This document shows positions 1 through 10,683 of a stretch of 64,000 nt of DNA, piece after piece (the first letter of the stretch is position 1; each line of letters opens with the position of its first letter). The DNA lies in NCBI GenBank assembly GCA_038321615.1, contig JBBQFC010000004.1, positions 12,768 through 76,767 on the forward strand, given 5' to 3'. The position numbers and the translations under genes were made by a program. Source of the DNA: Flavobacteriales bacterium. Lineage in GTDB: Bacteria > Bacteroidota > Bacteroidia > Flavobacteriales_D > Cryomorphaceae. The notes beneath the pieces are model-generated. The model was not told where the DNA came from, did no database searches, and saw only the letters and a list, made by a program, of their open reading frames with translations.

Positions 1-71
1 TTTTCGCGCCGCTTGCACTTCACTTCTCAATTGGCGCAGGCCGAAAAACCGACCAATGTCTGCTATAAATT

Positions 72-2756
<2,685 letters not shown>

Positions 2757-2763
<7 letters not shown>

Positions 2764-3635
2764 CGGCGAGCTTTTACCATGCGATCGCGGCCGTTCATAT
2801 CCTTTCGCGATTCGATTTTTTCAAAACCACGATCTGAAAGTATTTGAGACACTCCAGCAGCAAGCGCTTCATTTATTTCAAAATAGCAACTACCATTTGG
2901 CCGAAGCATTTCCTTGGCCAAATCGACTATGGCGCGGTAAAAAATCAAGGGATCTTCGTCAGCGACAAAAAGAGCGATATGGGGTTCGTAATCAGTGACG
3001 TGGGTAGCCATACTCGAGGACTCACTGCGGCGGACATAGGGGGGATTGCTCACCAGAATATCCACTAATTTTTTACGGTCAGCTGGAAAATCGAGCACAT
3101 CGCATTCGAAAAAATCAACGTCCGACCCATGTATTTTCGAGTTTTCAACCGCTACGTTCAGCGCATCACGGCTAAGATCGCAAGCTGAAACCTTCCAAAA
3201 AGGGCGCTGATTTTTTAGCGCTAAGGCAATGCAGCCTGAGCCTGTACAAAGATCGATCACATCGGACGGTTCATTTGTTGAATCGCTTAAAACCCACGCC
3301 ACCAATTCTTCTGTTTCGGGTCGCGGAATCAAGACTGATGGATTGACAGAGAGCCTTAATCCGAAGAAATCGGCATGCCCGATAGCATATTGGTAAGGCA
3401 TTCCTGATTTGAGCTTTACGAGCACTTGGATTAGTATATCGCACTCGGGCGCTTCAATCTGCGGGCAATTGCCCTTCAGAATGTCGAGTTTGGAAATCCC
3501 TGCTATATCTTCAATAGCTTGATAGGCCATGTGTTGGGCTTCCCTTTCGGGAAAAACGCGACCGATTTCCTGAGTTAAAAAATCGCGCCAGGAAGCTGCT
3601 TCGCAGGGATTATCGGGAGTGTGAATGAGTTTCAT
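2757..3635 (-). CDS. prmC: Peptide chain release factor N5-glutamine methyltransferase (PrmC/HemK)
   Basis: SAM-binding motif VIDLCTGSGCIALAL and catalytic NPPY (LVSNPPYV). Length of 292 aa is typical. Confidence 0.9.
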
Positions 3636-3641
3636 GGCTCA

Positions 3642-3649
3642 CAAAATTA
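3642..3649 (-). promoter_or_regulatory. Bacteroidota -7 promoter box TAatTTTG, 6 nt upstream of the prmC ATG
   Basis: Minus strand reads TAATTTTG-TGAGCC-ATG. Exact match to TAnnTTTG. Confidence 0.4.
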
Positions 3650-3720
3650 AGGGTATCTCCGTGCAAAATGGGAAATTCGCTGGTGCTTTATGCACAGTTT
3701 TTTGATCAATTGGCCAATCC

Positions 3721-4776
3721 ATGCTTTACTTTGCAGCCATGCTGAATGACATTTGGATGATGCGCTGCTTGCAATTAGCGGCAAATGGTGGCGGTTTAGT
3801 CGCTCCAAATCCAATGGTCGGCGCAGTGCTGGTGCAAAATGATCGAATAATTGGCGAAGGCTACCACCATGAATTTGGCGGCGCGCACGCCGAAGTAATC
3901 GCTATCCGATCGGTACACGACGAGACTCTTTTGGCGGAAGCCACGCTCTATGTAAACTTAGAGCCTTGTAGCCACCACGGCAAAACCCCTCCCTGTGCTG
4001 ATCTCATCATAGAGAAAGGCATTAAAAACGTCGTAGTGGGCCAAATGGACCCAAATCCGCTCGTATCGGGCAGGGGCATCCAACGGCTCCGCGATGCCGG
4101 AATTGATGTGACGGTTGGAATAGCCGAAGCGGAATGCAAATTTCTAAACCGCCGTTTCAACACGTTTCATACCAAACAGCGACCCCACGTAATCTTGAAA
4201 TGGGCACAATCGGCTGATGGATTTATGGACAGGCGGCGTGAGGCAGAAGGTGGTGGTGGAATACACTGGATTTCTCACCCGATGTCGAACATCCACGTCC
4301 ATAAATGGCGCACCGAGGAGCAGGCCATCCTTGTAGGTTATAACACGGTGGTCAACGATAATCCGCGGCTTACACCGCGATTAGTGGCAGGAGCAGCCCC
4401 CTTGCGCATTATACTAGCCGGTAACAGGGCCTTACCCCAAGCATGTCATTTGCTCACCGACGCACTTCCAGCATTGATTTTCCATTTTAACGAGTCGAAA
4501 AAAATCGGAGCAAAAGAGTGGGTGAAAGTCGAGCCGGCAAGCTATTTTGATCGAGTGATGCTCGAACTGCGGCATCGAGCCATAAGCAGTGTATTGGTTG
4601 AAGGGGGCCGGTTCACCTTAGACCAATTTTTCAAATCAGCGCTTTACGATGAAGTTCGCGTAATATCCGCTCCGCAAATGATGAGCGAAGGTCTCCCTGC
4701 ACCCTATTTCCCGAAAGGCGAATACCTGCGCACTTCGCTTGGCGAAGACCAACTCTACACCTGGTATCGATCATGA
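3721..4776 (+). CDS. ribD: Bifunctional riboflavin biosynthesis protein RibD (pyrimidine deaminase / uracil reductase)
   Basis: CMP/dCMP-type zinc deaminase motifs HAEVIAI and PCSHHGKTPPC, plus a C-terminal RibD reductase-like domain. An alternative start is ATG 3739. Confidence 0.9.
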   Translation: MLYFAAMLNDIWMMRCLQLAANGGGLVAPNPMVGAVLVQNDRIIGEGYHHEFGGAHAEVIAIRSVHDETLLAEATLYVNLEPCSHHGKTPPCADLIIEKGIKNVVVGQMDPNPLVSGRGIQRLRDAGIDVTVGIAEAECKFLNRRFNTFHTKQRPHVILKWAQSADGFMDRRREAEGGGGIHWISHPMSNIHVHKWRTEEQAILVGYNTVVNDNPRLTPRLVAGAAPLRIILAGNRALPQACHLLTDALPALIFHFNESKKIGAKEWVKVEPASYFDRVMLELRHRAISSVLVEGGRFTLDQFFKSALYDEVRVISAPQMMSEGLPAPYFPKGEYLRTSLGEDQLYTWYRS

Positions 4777-5660
4777 TATTGTTGACGCTAAGCATCTTGG
4801 GGTCATCGGCGATTTACGCCCTTTTCAAGTTATTTCCTCGATTTGGGATTCAGACCTTTCCGGCCATTGTAGCCAATTATGTAGTAGCCGCCAGCCTTGG
4901 TTTCGCTGTAGCCGCGAGCAGCGGAGCCGGTACCGTAATAGATACTTCTTGGATACCTTACGCGTTGGGAATAGGAGCGCTTTTCATCACACTTTTCCGA
5001 TTAATGGCAAGGAGCAGTCAGCTATTCGGAGTAGGGGTAACGGGTCTGAGTACCAAGATGTCGCTGTTGATTCCGGTCATTATTTTCATATTATTCGATC
5101 CGGAAGAATCGGCTACCCTGCCTAAAATGACGGGAATTGCACTCGGATTATTCGCCGTTTATCTGTCCACTTCGCGAACCAAAAAAGATGAAATTCCATC
5201 AACCGACGATGCGCGGAATAAAATGGCTTGGTTGCCATTTGTGGTTTTTGCCGGCAGCGGAGTACTCGATTTAATATTGGCGACGACTGAAAAATACGTT
5301 TTGAAAACTCCGGCAGCGGCGACATCTTTCACCCCGCTGCCATTCTCCGTAGCGGGAGTAATTGGCATTTTAGTACTCGCCTACCTTCGGCTAGCAGGTA
5401 AGGGCACCATTCGGTTGAAAGACCTGTTGGCCGGAATAATTTTGGGCGTTGTGAACTACGGTTCCATTTATTTTCTACTCCGATTTCTCGGCAGTGGCTG
5501 GCTTGATCGATCGGCTGCGATTCCGGTAAATAATATCGGGGTGGTAATCCTTTCGGCCTTGATCGGTTTAGCCTTCTTCGCCGAAAGGCCAACGCCGCGC
5601 AAGGTCTGGGGATTATTTCTTGCTGTAATTTCCATTCTCATTTTAGCATTTTTGGCCTAA
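4773..5660 (+). CDS. Polytopic membrane protein, DMT/EamA-like transporter
   Basis: 295 aa with about 10 hydrophobic segments in two similar halves. 4-nt overlap with the ribD stop. Confidence 0.55.
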   Translation: MILLTLSILGSSAIYALFKLFPRFGIQTFPAIVANYVVAASLGFAVAASSGAGTVIDTSWIPYALGIGALFITLFRLMARSSQLFGVGVTGLSTKMSLLIPVIIFILFDPEESATLPKMTGIALGLFAVYLSTSRTKKDEIPSTDDARNKMAWLPFVVFAGSGVLDLILATTEKYVLKTPAAATSFTPLPFSVAGVIGILVLAYLRLAGKGTIRLKDLLAGIILGVVNYGSIYFLLRFLGSGWLDRSAAIPVNNIGVVILSALIGLAFFAERPTPRKVWGLFLAVISILILAFLA

Positions 5661-6268
5661 TGCCTTTTCAGTATCGCACCCTCGCCACCACCGGCGAAAG
5701 CTTGTACAAAGCCAAGGGCTCCAAGCATTTTGGCTATGCCTACCGCGTAAGTGATGAAGGATCGATTGGCGAAATATTGGGTGCAATTCGCTCGGCACAC
5801 CCGCAGGCAAACCATGTATGCTATGCTTGGCGACTTGGTGCAGATGGAGAGCAGTACCGTTCCAACGACGATGGAGAGCCTAACAATAGCGCAGGAAAAC
5901 CGATTTTAGGTCAAATTGAGAAACACCAACTTACCCATGTTCTTGTGGCCGTGGTGCGTTATTTTGGCGGCACCAAACTGGGAGTTGGCGGGTTGATCGA
6001 AGCCTACCGCACAGCAGCCGAAATGGCTATCGACGATGCAGAAATCGCAGAAGTACAGCTTATGAGCCATTTTGAAATAGCCTTCGACTACCCCGATATG
6101 AGCAGCCTTATGCTCGCCATCCGCAGCAATCATTGGGAAAGTTATGATCCTAAATTTGAAACCACTTGCTCCATCAAGCTCACGACTTTACCTGGCGGCG
6201 AAGAGGAAATAAGCGCAGTCTTGGCTGCTTTCCCGAGCATTCGGATAAACTTTCTAGGCACTTACTGA
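5660..6268 (+). CDS. YigZ/IMPACT family protein (UPF0029)
   Basis: Family-typical segments KGSKHFGYAYRV, HVCYAWRLG, DDGEPNNSAGKPILG, VVRYFGGTKLGVGGL. Confidence 0.8.
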   Translation: MPFQYRTLATTGESLYKAKGSKHFGYAYRVSDEGSIGEILGAIRSAHPQANHVCYAWRLGADGEQYRSNDDGEPNNSAGKPILGQIEKHQLTHVLVAVVRYFGGTKLGVGGLIEAYRTAAEMAIDDAEIAEVQLMSHFEIAFDYPDMSSLMLAIRSNHWESYDPKFETTCSIKLTTLPGGEEEISAVLAAFPSIRINFLGTY

Positions 6269-6334
6269 TCGATTTCCCTTTGCCTTGAAGGCTTTAAGGC
6301 GCCAAAATTTAATGCTTGGCTTCGGTCAGACCGA

Positions 6335-7744
6335 CTATTGCTCTCTCTTCTTAAACTGAAGAATCTGCAGGGCGGCCACGCCGCGTGCTTGAATTTCGAC
6401 GATGATTGAGTCGGGGCGATAGCCTATTTCTTTGGGCTCAAGCGTTACCTCGCTGAGATCTACCGATATAGACTTCCCAATTTTCCCGTTGTCGATGGCC
6501 TGCTCTACCAAAGGTTCGAGGTTATTAATCAGGCTACCCAATGGAAGTTGAAGTTCGCTGCCGATAGCTTGCATCACCGCCTCATGGAGAATTGCATCGG
6601 CAGCTGCAACGAGCATACCACCGTCATCGACTTGGAATGCGATGTCGGATGCTATAAGCGCCGTATCTGGGGCGAAAAAACTCAGCTTCCCTTCGAAATA
6701 GAGCCCGGCTCGGGTCGGCGAGCTAATATCGGCATAGAGAAGTAATCCTTTAGGACTCGTTTGGAGCTTGAGCTGATCGATGGTGACCAGGTTCAATTCT
6801 TTGCTCAAGGGCTTTTTAACGTGGCTGGAGTTAAGGATGTCGTTGACTCTTGCCAGCGGAATGACGACCAGAAATCGCATGTCGAACGTATTATCTATCG
6901 AGTCGAGCTTCGTAAGATCAGGAAGCGGAACGACGTTTCGCGGTAAAGTATCATTCTCTATTCGCGTTTCGAGGTAGGCGCTGAGACGTGTCTGCGCCCA
7001 AATACCTTCTGGCGTAACCACCACTGATGAGAGCGCCAAAGCTTGCGGACTACTTTGAATATAGATTTCAGATATCTTGCGGTTAATTCGAATTGGGCGG
7101 TAGAGTTTGGCCCAAATACGCTCAAGGGGTTTCCGAAGATTAACATACTTTTTTACGACCTTATCAATCGTTGTTCCTATCACGTCGCTCTGCGCATTCA
7201 GAATGCTGTCAACTGCATTCTTTACTGGAAAATTAAAGAAGAGAATATGCGCTTCGGGCTCTTCGATATAACGTATGTCGCGGATTTTGAACTTGGTGAT
7301 GATGTGGTATTTGGTATCAAAATCGATCGGAGTAAGGAGATCGACGTCCACTACGGCAACAATTTTTGGACTTACCGATACATCGCGGCCGAGCACTTGC
7401 CTGGTAATGACGGGTTTAATTTCTATTTTCAATTTCAGATTTACTGTCAACTCCCCATTTTTCTCCGACAGAATCACTTCCGATTTCCTCAGAATACGAA
7501 TCGAAGCACCTTCGAGCGAGCCTTTCTTTACATTGGGTATATTGACTAATACAACGGGAAGTTTATTTTTGATCACTTCTTCGAGTTCTTCGAAACCTAC
7601 GAAAATGGGTAACGGTACAGAGCTAAGCGAGGGTTTAGGGGCATCGGGATATTCGGAAACTTCGTAGGCTATTACTTGCCTTTCAGATTTTCGATCGCAG
7701 GCTACTAAAGCCACCAAAAGGAATAACAGAGCAAAGGAACGCAT
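6335..7744 (-). CDS. Lipoprotein of unknown function (size compatible with DUF4403 family)
   Basis: Lipobox signal MRSFALLFLLVALVAC. 469 aa. Lies 6 nt downstream of the thioesterase gene. The family assignment is from memory of size and architecture only. Confidence 0.55.
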   Translation of the reverse strand: MRSFALLFLLVALVACDRKSERQVIAYEVSEYPDAPKPSLSSVPLPIFVGFEELEEVIKNKLPVVLVNIPNVKKGSLEGASIRILRKSEVILSEKNGELTVNLKLKIEIKPVITRQVLGRDVSVSPKIVAVVDVDLLTPIDFDTKYHIITKFKIRDIRYIEEPEAHILFFNFPVKNAVDSILNAQSDVIGTTIDKVVKKYVNLRKPLERIWAKLYRPIRINRKISEIYIQSSPQALALSSVVVTPEGIWAQTRLSAYLETRIENDTLPRNVVPLPDLTKLDSIDNTFDMRFLVVIPLARVNDILNSSHVKKPLSKELNLVTIDQLKLQTSPKGLLLYADISSPTRAGLYFEGKLSFFAPDTALIASDIAFQVDDGGMLVAAADAILHEAVMQAIGSELQLPLGSLINNLEPLVEQAIDNGKIGKSISVDLSEVTLEPKEIGYRPDSIIVEIQARGVAALQILQFKKREQ

Positions 7745-7750
7745 AGCAGG

Positions 7751-8161
7751 TTAGTTAGTAAAAAAAGGTGCAAGTAAACTATACAGAGCCTTTGGACAGC
7801 GTATTGGCCGAGACGTGTTTTGATCGACAAAAATTAAAGTTGTATTGGCTGTGGTCAGGAGCAGTCCCACATCGTTGCGCAAAACGTAAGTAAAATGAAT
7901 TCGCGTTTCGGGGAGTTCCGTCATCGACGTCTCTAAAGTCAGTAAGTCATCGTACAATGCCGCTTGGCGGTATTGGATAGAAAAATCGCGAACGGGCAGC
8001 AAAACACCTTGATCTTCGAGCGCTCGATAACTCATGCCCACAGATCGCAACAGTTCTACCCTTCCCATTTCAAGATAAGCCGCATAATTGCCATAGTACA
8101 CGAAGCCCATTCGATCGGTTTCGGCGTATCGCACCCGGAAGCTGATCTCATTTTTTATCAT
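7751..8161 (-). CDS. Acyl-CoA thioesterase, YbgC/4HBT hot-dog family
   Basis: N-terminus FRVRYAETDRMGFVYYGNYAAYLEMGRVELLR is typical of YbgC-type thioesterases (catalytic Asp in ETD). 136 aa. Confidence 0.85.
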   Translation of the reverse strand: MIKNEISFRVRYAETDRMGFVYYGNYAAYLEMGRVELLRSVGMSYRALEDQGVLLPVRDFSIQYRQAALYDDLLTLETSMTELPETRIHFTYVLRNDVGLLLTTANTTLIFVDQNTSRPIRCPKALYSLLAPFFTN

Positions 8162-8165
8162 CTAT

Positions 8166-8173
8166 CAAATGTA
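8166..8173 (-). promoter_or_regulatory. -7 promoter box TAcaTTTG, 4 nt upstream of the thioesterase ATG
   Basis: Minus strand reads TACATTTG-ATAG-ATG. Confidence 0.4.
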
Positions 8174-8704
8174 GAGATAGAAATGGGGAAATTTCAGAAT
8201 ATCCGATCAGTTGATACCTGGCTATAGAAATATCAATTTCGAACATCTACAAATCTGATCAAGATGCTTAGAAGCCGCTTAGTTTTTCTCGGGCATCATC
8301 ATTTCCCACAAATAAACCCTAACTTACCTGCCGCTGCGGGCAAACGAGTCAAAGGCAAAAACAGATAATCTTAGAAAGCTATTGTGATTGTAAAGTTGGT
8401 GTGCTTAATACCCTTACTGTCTAATCATTTAACAATAACTATCTCGCTACTTACTCCAATAGTTTGGACAAAATTATGCTACCCCTTTTACGAAAATTTT
8501 AGCATAAAAATCAATGTTGACGAGCAAAAGAGAAGGATTAAAAAAAGTTTACGGTACTGTAAAACTTTTATTGCAAACAATAGGTAAGGGGCTTTTTTTT
8601 TCACTTTTTTGTCGGAATATTTGCCACCCCGCTCAAGCATCGATGCATGGGTAACGCTATGCGGGAAAAGGTCCATTTATTAACCTAAACTACACTACCA
8701 ACCA

Positions 8705-10135
8705 ATGACGAACAAGCATGAAGAAGTGTGGGAAAGTTGTCTCTCCGTAATCAAAGACAATGTAAGCCTACAAGGGTACAAAACCTGGTTCGAGCCCATC
8801 AAACCCATAAAGCTCGAAAATCAGGTGTTGACCATTCAAGTTCCTTCCCAATTTTTCTACGAGTGGCTCGAGGAGCATTATATCCATTTGATGAAGAAAA
8901 TCATCAAGAAAGAATTAGGCGATGAAGGTAGGCTGGAGTATTCCATTATAATGGAAAACAGCTATAACGGCGCCAGTCCCTACACGGTTAAAATCCCAAC
9001 GTCGAACAAGCGAGCCATCAAGAACCCGACGGTTTCGGCTCCGCTCGACATCGGGAGTAAGCAGATTAAGAACCCCTTTGTGATTCCGGGCTTAAGGAAG
9101 ATCAATGTGGATTCTAACCTAAAACCAAACTACTCTTTTGATAATTTGGTGGAAGGAGATTGCAACCGATTAGCGCGATCTGCTGGTTTTGCCGTCGCCA
9201 AAAACCCTGGCGGCACCGCCTTCAACCCACTCCTTATATACGGCGGTGTTGGTTTAGGAAAAACCCACCTGGCACAGGCCATTGGTATCGAAATCAAAAA
9301 TCGATTTCCGAACAAAACCGTGCTCTATGTAGAATCCGAAAAGTTCATTCACCAATTTATTGACGCGGTGAAGAACAACAATGTGAACGATTTCAGCCAC
9401 TTCTATCAGATGATTGATGTGTTGCTAATTGACGATGTGCAGTTCTTCGCGGGTAAGGAAAAAACCCAGGATATGTTCTTCCATATCTTCAATCATCTAC
9501 ACCAAACGGGGAAGCAAATAGTGCTCACCAGCGATAAAGCTCCGGTTGAAATGCAAGGTATGGAGCAGCGGTTGCTCTCCCGCTTTAAGTGGGGTCTTTC
9601 GGCCGATCTTCAGACCCCAAGCCTCGAAACGCGCATCGCCATACTCGAGAAGAAAATGTACGCCGACGGTATTGAGCTGCCAAAAGATGTAGTCGAATAT
9701 CTGGCATATAGCATCACAACAAACATCCGTGAACTCGAAGGTGCATTGATCTCACTTATTGCGCATTCATCACTCAATAAGCGCGCTGTCAATCTTGATT
9801 TGGCTAAGCAGATGATCGATAAATTCGTGAAGAATACCGCTCGCGAAGTATCAATCGACTACATTCAAAAAGTGGTTTGCGATTACTTCGATTTACCAAT
9901 AGAGTTGCTAAAATCAAAAACACGCAAGCGCGAAGTGGTTCAAGCGCGGCAAATAGCCATGTACTTCGCTAAGAAAATGACTAAGAGCAGCCTTGCTAAT
10001 ATTGGTATGCATTGTGGGGGAAAAGACCATGCTACGGTGCTACACGCCTGCCGCACGGTGAATAATCTGCAAGAGACTGACAAACAGTTTAGAAAATACC
10101 TCGACGACTTAGAAAAGAAGTTGAGCATTCAATAA
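8705..10135 (+). CDS. dnaA: Chromosomal replication initiator protein DnaA
   Basis: Walker A GGVGLGKTHL, Walker B LLIDDVQF, sensor regions, and a C-terminal DnaA-box binding domain (VQARQIAMYFAKKMT...HATVLHA). Confidence 0.97.
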   Translation: MTNKHEEVWESCLSVIKDNVSLQGYKTWFEPIKPIKLENQVLTIQVPSQFFYEWLEEHYIHLMKKIIKKELGDEGRLEYSIIMENSYNGASPYTVKIPTSNKRAIKNPTVSAPLDIGSKQIKNPFVIPGLRKINVDSNLKPNYSFDNLVEGDCNRLARSAGFAVAKNPGGTAFNPLLIYGGVGLGKTHLAQAIGIEIKNRFPNKTVLYVESEKFIHQFIDAVKNNNVNDFSHFYQMIDVLLIDDVQFFAGKEKTQDMFFHIFNHLHQTGKQIVLTSDKAPVEMQGMEQRLLSRFKWGLSADLQTPSLETRIAILEKKMYADGIELPKDVVEYLAYSITTNIRELEGALISLIAHSSLNKRAVNLDLAKQMIDKFVKNTAREVSIDYIQKVVCDYFDLPIELLKSKTRKREVVQARQIAMYFAKKMTKSSLANIGMHCGGKDHATVLHACRTVNNLQETDKQFRKYLDDLEKKLSIQ

Positions 10136-10148
10136 TGAAATCTCAGGA

Positions 10149-10175
10149 AGCCCCGCAATGCGGGGCTATCTTTTT
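10149..10175 (+). terminator. Intrinsic terminator downstream of dnaA
   Basis: 8-bp stem AGCCCCGC/GCGGGGCT with a 3-nt loop, then CTATCTTTTT. Confidence 0.7.
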
Positions 10176-10239
10176 ATTACGTACTTTTGAGAATCCAAGA
10201 ATTGTCGGCAAAGCGTAATACCTACCAAGCCCATTCGAT

Positions 10240-10247
10240 TATCTTTG
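10240..10247 (+). promoter_or_regulatory. -7 promoter box TAtcTTTG, 9 nt upstream of ATG 10257
   Basis: Exact TAnnTTTG match. A second exact match, TActTTTG, lies at 10182..10189. Confidence 0.35.
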
Positions 10248-10256
10248 GAGAGTCGC

Positions 10257-10679
10257 ATGCGTACTTTTCTCCTTATATGCTCTTTTGGCGCCGTCCTGGC
10301 GTGCACGCCTCGTGTACAAGGCTTGGAAGGAGCAGCCGAAAAGACCTTTCCCACCCGGTTTGCCACCAAAGCCGAAAAACCGGGAGCTCCCATTGCTATT
10401 AGCCGCGCCGAGCAGATAGGGGACTTACTAGCGTTGGATGTAACATATTCTGGAGGCTGCGAAGCACATACCTTTGAATTAGTTACCCTTGGAAATCACC
10501 AACCCACATACCCACCCGAACTTCTGGTTAAAATCATTCACAATGCAAATGCAGATCGGTGTAGGAATTTCATTCAAGATCGGATTTACTTCGATTTACA
10601 GCCTTTCCGCCTCGATGGCACAAACAGGATTAACCTTGTAATGGAAGATCAACAAATTACCCAAACATATGATTATTAA
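10257..10679 (+). CDS. Small lipoprotein of unknown function, co-transcribed with the S1 protease
   Basis: Signal and lipobox MRTFLLICSFGAVLAC. Mature part contains YSGGCEAHTFEL and NADRC. Its stop is 4 nt before the protease ATG 10684. Confidence 0.6.
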   Translation: MRTFLLICSFGAVLACTPRVQGLEGAAEKTFPTRFATKAEKPGAPIAISRAEQIGDLLALDVTYSGGCEAHTFELVTLGNHQPTYPPELLVKIIHNANADRCRNFIQDRIYFDLQPFRLDGTNRINLVMEDQQITQTYDY

Positions 10680-10683
10680 GCCC

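Noticed and set aside
3636-3720. FMN riboswitch upstream of ribD
   Set aside because: The intergenic space is only 85 nt and is shared with the divergent prmC promoter. That is too short for an FMN aptamer plus expression platform, and I saw no conserved FMN-element helices.
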